A stretch of 63,116 bases of DNA, counting the filler, from Olpidium bornovanus S191 (lineage: Eukaryota; Fungi; Olpidiomycota): the NCBI GenBank assembly GCA_017911155.1. It is 27 parts of 27 records of this genome, joined end to end, with 100 filler letters (N's around TTAATTAATTAA, not from the genome) between each part and the next. Parts side by side here need not be neighbours in the genome. Positions count along the whole stretch, not along the records: positions 10,925 to 14,503 come from JAEFCI010011903.1; positions 14,604 to 15,868 come from JAEFCI010003519.1; positions 15,969 to 17,084 come from JAEFCI010000800.1; positions 17,185 to 19,157 come from JAEFCI010010579.1; positions 19,258 to 21,550 come from JAEFCI010008577.1; positions 21,651 to 24,636 come from JAEFCI010010021.1; 21 more parts are not named here. One strand, given 5' to 3'. Each line of letters begins with the position of its first letter. Within the stretch, counting starts at the first letter, position 1. Under the pieces are notes generated by a model. It was not told the DNA's origin. It was given only the letters and a program-made list of their open reading frames with translations, and searched no databases. Both the position numbers and the translations under genes were made by a program. This document shows positions 10,925 through 24,636 of the stretch, piece by piece.

Positions 10925-12521
10925 AGAATTCCAAAAGGCACAGCTGGTGAAGGCCTATCAACCGAGAGATGAGGTGCGCCATCAGCAGCTTTATCTCGAA
11001 CCGATCCTTCGAGTTCGCAAGCTTCTTGTACATCTTCTCCACAAAGTCCTGTGGGTCGTTGATGAGCTGCAGGGCGGAGAAGTTGAAGCTCTCGGGTCTC
11101 GTCTTCGCCTTTCGTTTCTGTTCCATTGTTCCCCGTACGCCCCTCAGCTGGTGGTGTATACACAAAGAAACAACGCGGTTGTGCGAGCACGCCAAAGTCC
11201 GCACCTTGCGCATTGTCGCCAACGCCTTGTCTAGCTGGCGAGCCTTCGCCTTCGTCTTCTTAGTGAAGGCCTGAGCCTGATAAATTTTTTTTATGTCCGG
11301 GCCTTCTTCGTCGTCCGAGGACTCCGTGCCTTCGCGGTGGTCGGATCCAAGGAAAAACTTGATGGCGGTGACAGCGACCTTGTTGACGGGCGAGAAGCAG
11401 GCGTGCGCAATCACATTCACCGTCTTGGCATCATTCCTATGCGTAAACAGCTCCAGCTTCAGCGGCCGCGCCGCAGAACGCGTCCCTTTCCTCCTACCCA
11501 GAAGCGCCCGATAAGGACGTACCACACGTTCTTCTTATACAGCTCTATGCAGACGTCAACACTTTTCTTCGCCGCCACCGCGCTCTCGCTGCCCGCGCCC
11601 TGGGAACCCTCCGCAGAAGAGAGCATCGTGTACATGAAACTCTGGAGGGTCTTGTTGAGGCGGTTGTTCTTCGTCTTGGCGTTTGCGTTCTTCACGTCGT
11701 TGACAATATGGAAGTGCAGCATCTCACGCAGCGACTTGTCCCGGCACCGAAACAGCGTGAAGAGCAGCGAGAGAAGGCTGGACACCGGCCAGCAAAGAAA
11801 CGACATTATTGGCAACCAGTTCGCTGGAACCAACTCTTCCTCGCGCAGGACAGGCGCGCCGGCAGTCGGTTGGCTCACCTCGTGCTCGAAATGACGTCCT
11901 TGTTCCGAAGGAGAACGACATTCTGGACGAGCGTCCTGCGCAGTTCGGGGTTCAAAACATGATGCTGTTCCGTCAGCAGGTCCATCAAGTCCTTGGGAAA
12001 AGACTCGGACTCCTTCGGGTAGCAGTGAGAAACCTAGAGACGGCGAAGCGCCAACTTGTGAGCGGAGGCGGGCCGTATCGCCTGCCGGCTCCGGGTGGGA
12101 GCAGGCAAGTTGCATAGCCGTCCGTCCGCTGCCGAGCAAAAGAATGCCAAGCAGCAGGCCACCGCCAGCCTCGACCACTGACCTGGGCTATGAACGTGAC
12201 CAGGTCCGCGAAGTCCTTTGCCTCCTCGTCTGGCTTGAGCTTAAAGATGTCGAGAGACGACTGGTAGTGCCGGTACTGCTGCAGGAAATCCTCCTTGTAA
12301 GAGGCCGGGTCTCGCTTGATAAGGTTTTGCAGCTGCGGCAGGTTGGTGGCCAGCCTGCGGAAGGCGCGGGCAAGAGGAGCAAAGGTCAGCGAAAACGATA
12401 ACATGCCGGCGGACGGGCCCTCACGGCAAGGTTCGCGTCCGGCGGATCCTTGCCGCTCTCCCCGGCGCGACGTTCCGGCGCGGACGGACACGTACAGCGC
12501 GGCGCGGTTCCTCCTGCCCAT
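10925..12521 (-). CDS. SDA1: SDA1, pre-60S ribosome biogenesis factor (5' part, multi-exon)
   Basis: Spliced N-terminus [39 protein letters not shown] (intron 12495-12355) matches Sda1. Later exons include [36 protein letters not shown] and [20 protein letters not shown]. Confidence 0.95.
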
Positions 12522-12646
12522 GGCGGGCCGGTTGGGCGGGGGGTGTTTGCGCGCTGGCGGGCGTCGGCGGCGGCGGCGGCGGCGGCGGCGGCTAATTCCG
12601 CTCTCTCTGGCTTCTTCTCCCCCCGAGCCCGCCTCGGCGCACGCCG

Positions 12647-12656
12647 GTCACGTGAC
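12647..12656. promoter_or_regulatory. GTCACGTGAC palindrome in the SDA1/RPC31 bidirectional promoter
   Basis: Lies in the 449-bp head-to-head intergenic region (12522-12970). Confidence 0.5.
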
Positions 12657-12970
12657 GCCGGTCGGCCTTCCCCTGGCCCGAAAGAGCTGCCGCCGTCCGC
12701 GCGCGCGCTTAGAAGCGGGAAAAACGGCCGGCGTCGCGCGCCCCGACCACGACGAAGCCAGAGAGAGAGACGGGAAGGCGCCCCTGCAGCACCCGCGCGT
12801 TGGACCGCGCGCGCGCTGCCTGTTTTGAACGGAGGAGGAGGAGGAGGAGAAGGAGGAGGAGGAGGAGCCGCGTTGAAGAGAGAGTGAGAGCGAGAGAAAG
12901 GACCCGCAGGCCAAAAAAAGCGCTTCCCGTCTGCGCGCAACCCCTTCGCAAAGGGCAGAGCCAACCAAAC

Positions 12971-14326
12971 ATGTCGCGGGGCGGGCGCGGAGGGGGCAGG
13001 GGGGGCCGCGGCGGAGGGGGGGGCGGCATGTACTCGAACCCGCTGCTCAAGGGGTTCCTGGAGGACATGTCTGCGGAGGAGGCGAAGAAGCTGCTGCATT
13101 TGAAGGAACCCACGTCGCTCTTTCCGGTGCGTCCGAACCCCCTGCCGGGGGCGGGGCCGGGCGGGCGAGCTTCGGTTCTTTGCGGGCGGCGAACCTTTGT
13201 CCCTCCGTCGCCATGAACCTTGAACGCCTGCCAGCCACGACAGGTGCGCGATCCCTAGGTCTGACGGCCACGGCGTCCGGCTGCACAGGACTATCCGGAC
13301 TTGCGCCCTGCCGAGAAGCCGACGGAATACGACGAGGCCGCGCTGTTCGCGCAGAGGCTTTTCCGCGACGAGCTCCAGCGCACCGCCTTCTATCTCACCC
13401 CGCCGCCACCGCCGAAAGGTACAGCTTGAACCGGGACCCCTGTCTGCAGACGCTTTTTGCGCGCGGGCCGACCGGCCTTCTGATGGGAAAACGGGGGGCC
13501 CGCGCTTTTTCGTTTTCCCGCCGCGGGACGCGCAAACCCAGACGTCGAGCGATATTCGGACAGGTATCACGTGGTGCCAGAGAGCGAAATGCGCCCGCCG
13601 CTGACTTCCGTACAGACGAGTTGAGTGCTTGCGGTTTTTGAGGTTTTTTGAGGTTTTTTGAGGTTTTTTGAGGCTTTTTTTTGTACCCGCGGTTTCTACT
13701 TTTTCGCAGCTTTCGGAGAGGGAGAGAGGGAGCCGAGCGGGTAGGCGGGAAGTGTGCTTACCGCGGTCTTCTGTCTTGCTCGCCATCGTCCTTTATTCCT
13801 CAGGTCTCGCCTTTTTTCCTGAAGAATTACATCAGGTCGTCAATCCGGCGAAGACATTATGTAAGTTTTGGGATGCCGGGATTTTTCTTTGGTGGCTTGT
13901 TAGCGTCGTTTTACCGTTCGAAACGCTAAATTGCTGCACGTCTCCAAAATAAAAACAAACAAAACAAAATAAAAAAAACCGTAGCGCGAAAGAAGGCGAT
14001 TGATTCTCTGGGAGTCAATTTCGACGAGTTCGAGAAAATGGAATCGAAAGGGGACAAAGAAGTCAAAGAGCAGGTATCAGCTTGCGCCGGGGCAAACCCA
14101 GCCGCGATGCGTTTCCCGCAAATTCCGATTTACGTCTCCTATTCGGCTCTGAACGCTGTTTTCTGTGCTGCCCCCCCCCACCCCTCCACAGAACGCGGAG
14201 GAGGAACCGAATCTTGAAGAGGAAGAGGAGGAGGACCTTGACGAGGAGGGCGATTACGGCGAAAACTATTTCGACAACGGCGAGGGCGACGACGACCTCG
14301 ACGGCGGAGGCGGGGACGAAGATTAG
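12971..14326 (+). CDS. RPC31: RNA polymerase III subunit C31/RPC7 (POLR3G-like), complete, multi-exon
   Basis: RGG-rich N-terminus MSRGGRGGG; PTSLFP|DYPDLRP...ELQRTAFYL; DVERYSDRY; LAFFPEEL; acidic tail EEEEEDLDEEGDYGENYFDNGEGDDD ending in TAG at 14324-14326. Confidence 0.9.
13634..13678. repeat. 11-bp tandem repeat GGTTTTTTGAG x4 in RPC31 intron
   Basis: Read directly from the sequence. Confidence 0.8.
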
Positions 14327-14751
14327 CCCCTCCCGCCCCCACCCGAACATTGGTAATTTGTTCTCGGCTAAAAGGGCGGGCTCGGGGGGGGGGGGGGGGG
14401 GGGTCAAAAATTCCTGCCTTTAATCCCCTTTAATCGTTTGGGCGGTTTTTTTCATTAAATTTTACCGCACGAAAGATTTACGCAGGCGTTGGGCCCCAGA
14501 GAANNNNNNNNNNNNNNNNNNNNNNNNNNNNNNNNNNNNNNNNNNNNTTAATTAATTAANNNNNNNNNNNNNNNNNNNNNNNNNNNNNNNNNNNNNNNNN
14601 NNNCTCCCTGTATGTATTGTACTCTGAGTGACCGGCACGCGGGGCTCCCTCCCGTCCTCGCAAAGCGTGCCCCTGCCGCCTCCTCCGCCAACCCCCCCCC
14701 CCCTCCCCCCCCCCCCCCGCCCCCGCCCCCCCCCCCCCTCCCCCCCCCCCG

Positions 14752-14786
<35 letters not shown>

Positions 14787-14854
14787 CGGCCCCCCCCCCC
14801 CCCCCCCCCCCGGGGGGGGGAAAAAGGAAAAAAAAAAAAAAAAAAAAAAAAAAC

Positions 14855-15868
14855 ATGGCCGCGCAGGGGGCGAAGAGCCGCGTCCCGGCAAGCACCAAGG
14901 TCTCGCCGCTGTCAAACCCGAAGCACGTCAAGCCCTGCTGCGAGCTGTGCGGGAAGCCGGCGTACCTGCAGTGCCAGAACTGCAGGGTCACATTCTACTG
15001 GTGAGCAGAGAAAAAGAGGGGGCGGCGGCGCGGAGGGACGGGAAGAGGGGGGGGGGGTGTGTGTTCAGTGCGAAGCGGGGGAGAGAAAAGGGATCTTCCT
15101 TCCCCCTTCTCAGATTGATCCGCGCACGAGGGCGGGCAGGTGTCGCAAGGCCGGAGCGGCTTACGGCGGGAGCGAAGGAATGAAAAAAAAAAAGGAAAAG
15201 AGAAAAAGCGAAACGGGGCTGTTTTCGGGGGAAAACGAAAACAAGGCCGAACTCCGCGCAGCTCCGGCTCACCCGGCCGCGCCTTTCCCCCCGCTGTCTC
15301 CGCAAAATAAAAAAAAACCTGCCGGCAGTTCATCAGAACACCACCTGACGGATCACAAGGGCATCCACGAGAAGATATGCTCCCTCCTGGTGCCCATCAG
15401 GACGCCGGTGGCCGTGTTCGGCTCCGAGGAGGAGCGCGTTGAGCGCGACCGCGTTCTCCGTCAGCGGCGCGTAAGGGGGGGAGGGGGAGGGGGGGACTCG
15501 GGGCCGCGATTGTTTTTGGATTCTTTCTCTTTTTCTTCGCTCGGCAATACGGCGTGGCCCCCGCCCCGCCCTGCAGATCGCCCCGGACTAGTTTCGGGAA
15601 GCGCCACGGCGGCGGGAGCTGACGCTCATCCCGCCTGGGCCGCCAGCTGCACGTGCTCGAACTGTCCAAAACTGAGGCGCACAAGAAGCTGTACGAGGGA
15701 CAGTTTGACCTGGCCATCCCGGCCGCACTGCAGGCTCTCAGGTTCTCCATGGACGTGTACGATCAGGCCAGAAATTGGCCGACGTCGGGAACGAAGAGGG
15801 GCTGTCTGGGTGCCGACGGAAGCCTGCAGCTTGTGCCCTGCTTCCTTCTGCTCGGCGAAGCCAGCATA
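14855..15868 (+). CDS. ZMYND12: Zinc finger MYND domain protein 12 (axonemal inner dynein arm p38 homolog), 5' part
   Basis: Exons 14855-15000, 15329-15470 and 15647 onward: CCELCGKPAYLQCQNCRVTFYC...HEKICSLLVPIRTP...SEEER; AIPAALQALRF...LVPCFLLLGEASI. These match ZMYND12 motifs (HEKIC.LL.P.R, A.PAALQ.LRF, LVP.YLLL.EAS). Confidence 0.92.
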
Positions 15869-15968
15869 NNNNNNNNNNNNNNNNNNNNNNNNNNNNNNNN
15901 NNNNNNNNNNNNTTAATTAATTAANNNNNNNNNNNNNNNNNNNNNNNNNNNNNNNNNNNNNNNNNNNN

Positions 15969-16990
15969 ACATGCGCAGGGGCCAGGGCGGGAAAGAACGA
16001 GACCGACCATCGGCAGCGACCTGTTCCTCAGACGGCACCCCGGCGAAGTTTTGGAAGGCCGCCGCGTCCGGCATCGGGCAGACCTCATTGAAGGGTACGC
16101 CGAACTTTGGAAAGGCAAAAAAAAAGAAATTCAGGCCGCGGCTACCCAACTACCCCCCTGAAAGCTGGTGACATCGCAGGGAGCGGGGGCGCGTGTGCCC
16201 ACGGTAACAGGCAAGGGACAAAACCTTGACTGCAAAAAGCCGCGAGCGCGATAACTGGATGCGGCCTTTCAGCATGTCATAACCATTGCTGGTATTGATG
16301 ATGACCTTGCCTTCTTGACTTACGGAAGAGCGGTGTGGGGAAAGTGGGTGGGTAGATGTGTCAGCCCCGTTCCGTCGTGTCTTTCCATCAAAGCGGCATC
16401 CCACACACAAGCAGTGCCACCACTCCGTTCGGGTGGCGGGGGGCCGCCCTTACGGGATATAAGGCTCGCATTCGCGTTTGCCGCGTCTTTGGTTTTGGCG
16501 GTGAACTCGTGGCCCTTGGATTGCGCCTGCCTGACCGGACGGTTCCGGGAAAAAAAAAGATCAAAGGATTTAACCGGAGGCGCCGATGTTTATGCCGAGA
16601 TAATTAAAGTTTCCGCTAACATCCCCTTCTTCACTTCCCCCCCCCCACCCCACCCCTCCCCACCCCACCCCACCCCCTACCGTTTCAAGATGTTGCTGTC
16701 GAGTTGCATATTTTCGATCATGAGTTCATCAGAGTCAAGGATCGGCTCACCTAGGTGGTTTTTTTTGGGGAGGGTAGGATTTGAAGAGGGAGACGGCGAT
16801 TTTAACAGGATGCCGGTGATGCCGCAGCCTGCCCGCACACAGGATCGTTTACACTCCCCCCCCCCCGGTTCTCCCCACATCAATCCCTCCGGGACAAAGA
16901 AGCCCCGCACTTAACGCACCATACCGAGAGATTTGTATGTCTCGCGGCTGTCAGCGAAGAATCCGCAACGGTAGACTTCCTGTTCTTTTT
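15969..16990 (-). CDS. Uncharacterised multi-exon protein (internal fragment)
   Basis: Phase-compatible GT-AG exons splice to EVYRCGFFADSRETYKSL-GEPILDSDELMIENMQLDSNILK-RGNFNYLGINIGAS-GAIQGPRVHRQNQRRGKRECEPYI-PQEGKVIINTSNGYDMLKGRIQLSRSRLFAVK...FGVPFNEVCPMP. Family not recognised. Confidence 0.7.
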
Positions 16991-17184
16991 GTTCGGGATC
17001 CGCCAGGTCCCCAATCAGTTCAACCTTTTCCTTTTTTTGTTTTCCCGTTCGGGGCTTTCTACACCCCCCCCCCCCCCCCCCCCCNNNNNNNNNNNNNNNN
17101 NNNNNNNNNNNNNNNNNNNNNNNNNNNNTTAATTAATTAANNNNNNNNNNNNNNNNNNNNNNNNNNNNNNNNNNNNNNNNNNNN

Positions 17185-18874
<1,690 letters not shown>

Positions 18875-18985
18875 TGTCGCGAGGGTGTCGTTGTTGCCTA
18901 CGAAGTAAACAAAAGCGCCGAGGGCGGCTTTTAACACCTGGTGGGTGGGAATGGGGAGGGTGGGGAAAAGAGGGTAACAAAGCCA

Positions 18986-19001
18986 ATGGTCACGTGACCA
19001 T
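18986..19001. promoter_or_regulatory. 16-bp palindrome ATGGTCACGTGACCAT upstream of mitochondrial HSP70
   Basis: Perfect palindrome about 110 bp upstream of the inferred ATG at 18874. Confidence 0.55.
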
Positions 19002-19257
19002 CGAAGCTCGTCGAACACCAAAGATTGTTTTTCTGCCCATGCGCAGCAAACCAAAAAGTACATCTTTATACATTGCACCGCGTGGTACCAGGAAACATCA
19101 TCGGCAGCAGCCAACGCGATCACCGCCGTCACCGCGCGCACTTAGTCGTCTGCATCGNNNNNNNNNNNNNNNNNNNNNNNNNNNNNNNNNNNNNNNNNNN
19201 NTTAATTAATTAANNNNNNNNNNNNNNNNNNNNNNNNNNNNNNNNNNNNNNNNNNNN

Positions 19258-20613
19258 GCTCCCGTCCGACGGACTGTCGATTTGAGCTCGATGGCCCGCG
19301 GTGTAGACGGATCCCGTCGAGTAGCGGCGCCTCCGCCGCCAGGCGGCGCTCATCCCGAGAGTGAGGATGTCCGTCATGCCTGTGGCGAGCTTTTCGAGCG
19401 TCACCACGGGCTCCGCGGCCGCCGCCGCCGCGGCGCGCCGGATGACGGGCGCCTCCACCGCGGACAGCGGCCGGCTATCGCCATATTTGCGCAGCTTGTC
19501 GCGGCCGAGATGCAGCGACCCCTCGGAGACGGCGCGCCGGTGGGTCGCCCGAGAGGTTTTGGTTCCCTCTTCGTCTTCTGGTTCTTCTCCCGCTTCGCCG
19601 TGCGCCTCCGCCTGCCCCGGCGTCGTTGGGGTGTCCTCGGCCGCGGTCCGCGGTCCGGCCTTCCGCGCCGGCGATCTGAAAGCCTTTGGTATCATAAGAG
19701 AAGACGCCGACGCCAGGGACTCCTGGTACTTTTGAAGGTACCTCCGCTTCTTCTTCTTCGACTCGCCCTTCGCCGCTTTCCCGTCGGTTTCGTCGGCGTC
19801 CGTGTCCCTTCCCGATGTCACGAAACCGTCCACGTCGGTCTCCGCTTCAAAATCCGCCGAGTACCCGCTGCCGGAGACCGCGGAGGGCGTGTTGAGCAGA
19901 TTGATGACGAAGCCGGGCGTGTCCACCACAATCGATTTCTTCTTCGCTTTGGCCTTTTCGTGACTCTTGCCGGGATGCCGATTCGTCCCGGATTTCGCGT
20001 CCCACTTGATGTGCTGGGGATCGGCGCTGTGGTGGCCGGCGCGGCCGGACGGCGACGCCGGCATCAGGATCGGGGCGATTCGCTTCGTCAGCTCAGGGGT
20101 AGATTCCGGCTTGGAGAACGCAGGGGCCGAAGAAGGCTGCTGGCCGCGCGCGGACGCGAGACCTGCGTCGTCGGCGCCGGTGATAACGAGGCTCGGCACT
20201 GGCGCAGGCTGCTTCGCTGGGGACCGGAGGTGCTGAAACCGACTCTCGCTGATTTCGCCGTACGCAAACGGTTGCGGAAAGCAGGGCCGGTCCGAAGCGC
20301 CCGCCCGCCTCGCCGCCCATGCGGCGGCAGCTGCGATGCCGCCGTCCTGGCCGCCGTCGCCCGGCCCGGCGGCCGTCCCGTCCGATCCCGCCGACGGGCC
20401 CGCGGGCGGCGTCGGCGGCGTCGGTGGCGGAGGCCCGCCTTCCGAACCCTGCGTTCCCGCCGCTTCGACGGCGGCTCCAGCGGGATCCGCGGCGTCGCCG
20501 CCCGCCTGCTGCTGCCGCTGCGGCTGCTGCTGCGGGGAGCTATCGTGGACGTCGACGACGCGTCCCGGTTGCGAACCGGGCCGGCCGGGTTCCTGGTTGG
20601 GCGATCCCGCCAT
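19258..20613 (-). CDS. Uncharacterised protein, long low-complexity (P/A/G/Q-rich) first exon; 3' truncated
   Basis: About 450 uninterrupted codons from MAGSPNQEPG to the contig end, with basic clusters (KKKKRRY). No recognisable domain. Confidence 0.6.
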
Positions 20614-21429
20614 CCGCAGGCTGGGAAGCGGGCGTTTTCTTTTTTTTTGGCGAGGGAAGAACGCCGCCGCCGCGGGTTCACAGGTCAGCAGCGGCCAGGG
20701 GAGCGGAAGGACCTCGCGCGCGAACCGCCGGGACCGCACTTCCTAACCCAAACCCAAATCAACAATGTCGGACCCGAGAGTCCCTCCCTCGGCTTCCCCC
20801 TCACCTCCCTCCCACTCAACACGACAGAAAAGACGCGGCTTCTTTTCTCTCACCTCGTGCTGTGAAAAAAAGGGGAGGCCGGGGGGAGTCAACCTATGGA
20901 ATCTCTCTCTCCCTTCCCCCCGATTCCCCTCTCCTCTCTCTGTTGTCTATTTTATCTTTCTGTCTCTGCGTCTCTCCGTGCGCCTCTGTCTCCTTTGATG
21001 CGGAAGCCGGGGAGCGGTTGATCTTAAAGCCGGGCTGGCCTGAAGAAAGGGAAAAGAGGGCGGGTGTAGGAAGACAGGGGCGGCGCGCGTGCTTGGCCGC
21101 GCGTGTTGACTGGGCTGTGGCGTGTGTTGAGCGCGTCGTGCGAGAGGTAAGTGTGCGGAGAGGGAAGGCCGAAAGCAGAGAGAAAGAAACAGGAGGGAAG
21201 GACGACGACGAGTCAAGAAGGACGGCGAGGAGGAAGAGGAAGGACGGCGAGGAGGACGACGGCGAGGAGGAGAGGAGGAGAGGAGGAGGAGGGAAAAGCG
21301 TTTTCCGCGTCACGGCGGGCGGAGGGCGGGGAAGGAATTTAATAACGCCCCGGTCTCTTTCCCGTCACGGCTGCGTGTTCATCGGGGACGAACCCACGCG
21401 CGCCCCTTGACCCACCTCCCTTCTTCCTC

Positions 21430-21550
<121 letters not shown>

Positions 21551-22194
21551 NNNNNNNNNNNNNNNNNNNNNNNNNNNNNNNNNNNNNNNNNNNNTTAATT
21601 AATTAANNNNNNNNNNNNNNNNNNNNNNNNNNNNNNNNNNNNNNNNNNNNCATGCGAACCTTGCGAGGACACGTAGATTTGTGCGAAGGAGCAGGCTGTG
21701 TTATATGTAGGCAGGCACGGGCCAAATGTCGTCTGGCCGTAATAACCGCTCGAGCGCCAGGCAAACGCGCAGCAGACAAATCTACTCCTGACCCACGAAG
21801 CGAGCGGCAAGAGCGCGGGGGACAGGCTTCGCCGGCTGCCCCGCCTGGCATTCAAGTGCTACTAGCCACACCTCTCCGCGGACACACGGCACCGGGACCC
21901 CGACCGAGATCTCATGGCAGCCGGCGTGGTTTGGTTGGTATCATCGCACGACGCTTTCTTCCGGGGAGGGGGGAGCAGCCGCCACCGCCAGCAACGCACG
22001 TGGTTTGGTCCCTTTGGGCATTGGGCCGGTTCCATTGCCAGCGCGACGGTTTTCCCTCCGGTCCCGCGAACGGACCCGCCCCGCCGCCGCCGCCGCCAAC
22101 GGCCCCTCCGCGGCGCCCGCAGACTCGCCCCCGCCATTCCCCGACACACGCACACCGCCCGCGCGCACGGAGCGGGAGGGCGACCGAGAGAAAG

Positions 22195-22325
22195 CGGGGA
22201 AGAGAGGGAGAGAGAGAGAGGGGAAGAAGAGAGAGAGGGGGACGGAGGGAGAGGGTGAGAGAGGGAGAGAGAGAGAGAGAGACAGAGAGTGCGTGATAGA
22301 GAGAGGCAGAGAGAGGGCAGAGAGA
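22195..22325. repeat. (GA)n/purine-rich microsatellite in the OSH3 5' region
   Basis: Runs of AGAGAGAG and GGAGAG directly upstream of the ATG at 22354. Confidence 0.8.
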
Positions 22326-22353
22326 GCGGCCGGGATCAGCGCGCGCGTGCCAA

Positions 22354-24636
22354 ATGCAGGAGGTAGAGATCCCGCCGCGCGACCTGCTGCAGCACTACGT
22401 GGCGGTCTCGGCGGACCAGCGCGGGAAGACGCTGGTGTGGTGGTTTTCGACGAGGCGGAAGAACATCTCCTTCGGCCTGTACTTCAAGAAAGGCAGGCTG
22501 CCCGCCGCGCCCTCCTCCAACGTGTTCATCTCGACGGGGTCGTCGCCCACCGACTCGCCCCAAGCGCCGTCGACGCCGCAGCAGCAGCAGCAGCAGCGCA
22601 AACCCCAGCCCCAGCCCCAGCACCGCCGCCTTTGCAGCCACCGCGACGGTCAGAGCCACCCGACCGAGCTTTCGTCCTCCCCAGTGTCTGGGTCAGTGCA
22701 CGCAGCGGCCGCCGCGGGAGGGGTTACGTCCGCGGCGTCCCGCGGCCGCGGCGCATCGAACTCTCACAACCTCGCCTCGTTACTCGGCACCATCAACAAT
22801 TCGCTGGCGCTCGCGGTCAAAGGTCCCGCCTCGCCCGGCGGCGGCAGGCCGCAGTCGCCCAGCGGGCAGAACGTGCCAGGGTTTCAACTCCACAACGCCC
22901 TGCCGGGCAGCCCGGCGAGCGCAGGCAGCTCTCACTCCCCGCCCGGCTTGGAGCCCCCTGCTCCCGGCGATGCCGCGAAGACGTCTCCGGGAGCCCTGCG
23001 TCGGGGGAGCAGGCCCACCTGGTCTCCAAAAGACTCGGACATGGTCTGCATTCGTGCGATCGAGAGGTTCGACTCGGCTACTTCGACCATCAAGGGCTCT
23101 CATAAGATCGACGAAGGTGACGGTATGTTCGTGCTGGTCTTCGACAACACCTTCTCGAGGAACACCAGCAAGAGGGTTACCTTCTTCGTAGCCATCAAGG
23201 ACGGTGAGTTGGCCTTTTGTGAAACTCGTTCCGCGCCGCAGAGCCAGGGATGGCGCCGCACAAAGTCGGCCTGCGCCACGGCGTCAGGGCACTCGAACAA
23301 AACTAAGCTCCCAATGCCAAATCCCGGCAGGTCCGCCGGATGACGAAGGCACCGCCGAAATCGCCGGCTGGCTGCTGAAGAAGAAACGGAAGAAAATGCA
23401 AGGTTGGGCGACGCGGTGGTTCCAGCTCGACAGAGGCACGCTCAGCTATTACAAATCTCCGGGTGCATACTGTCGCGGTTCCGTCCAAATTGCGTTCTCT
23501 GCGGTGTCAGTGCACCCGTCTCAGCGCTTGATACACATAGATTCCGGTAGCACCATATACCACCTTAAGTGCCTGACTCAAACGGAATACCAGGCCTGGA
23601 TGAGCATAATACGGAAGTACTACGCGGTCGGAGCCATGGATGAGGATCTGCTGCGAAGTAACAGGAAATCGTTTGGAACGACGAGCCGCCTTCAGGAAGG
23701 CGCCTCGGCCGACCCGCGGTCGACACTCGACGAGCGAAAGGAACCCGACCGTCAGAATGTCCCCATCTTGCGCCCTGACGGCAGCGGGTTTCAGGAAGAG
23801 GCCCTGCGCGCGATTTCCTTTATGAAAGACCGGCACGAGAACGTTGTACGGGCGGCAGCCAGAATGCTGGAACTGGAGTCAGGATCGTCAATGTCAACGG
23901 CGATCTCGGGCTCCGACCCTTCGTCGCCAAAAGGCGCAAGATCACGTTCGCCGACGACAGGCTCGTCAGGGGAACAAGGGAAACGGAGGCTCCTGAAGAA
24001 GGCGGCAAGCGCGGGATTCAAGTGTACGCGATGGTCGCACGTTTGCTGGCAAAGTCTCTACCGTCTCAGCTCATCCCTTGTATCGTGAAAGCTGATTGCC
24101 GCATTAACAACAAACGCTAGCTGCGAACGCGATCGCCGCATTTTCTATTGCCAATTGTCACAGCGAAATCTCGTTTGCTCTCTCTGAGCTGAAGGGGGCG
24201 CAGGACCACGTATCTGACTTGTTCAACGAGGAACTCAACAGGCGGGGGGCGTTGGAAGCGACCCTGCGCCAGTTGAGCGAGTCCACTTCCGCTCTGGCCT
24301 CCGGGCCTTTGGACAGCGTGCCGTCATCGCTGGAAACGTCGCCGTCGTTGCCTCTTGTTCCTGGTTCCTATCCAAGTCCGCCTGCGCTGTTCCCGCCATC
24401 GAAAACGTCCCGCAGTGACCTTCCACACTATTTCCCAGTTTCCGGGACTGTCTTTGCCTCCGGAAATCTACCGGCGTACAACGTGTGCGAAGGTTCCAGG
24501 TGGGGGGAATCCTTGCTGAACGTCACCGGAGACGACGAGTTTTTCGACGCCAGGGAGATCGTTCTGGAAGACGATAGCTTGGACGAGGACGATAACAACG
24601 TCGGTGACGCGCAGCGGGAAGATGAGGACGACGAAG
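22354..24636 (+). CDS. OSH3: Oxysterol-binding protein OSH3 (GOLD + PH domains), 5' part
   Basis: GOLD: LVWWFSTRRKNISFGLY...FVLVFDNTFSRNTSKRVTF. PH: GWLLKKKRKKMQGWATRWFQLDRGTLSYY...IHIDSGSTIYHLK. Acidic FFAT-like DDEFFDARE at about 24533-24560. Confidence 0.93.
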
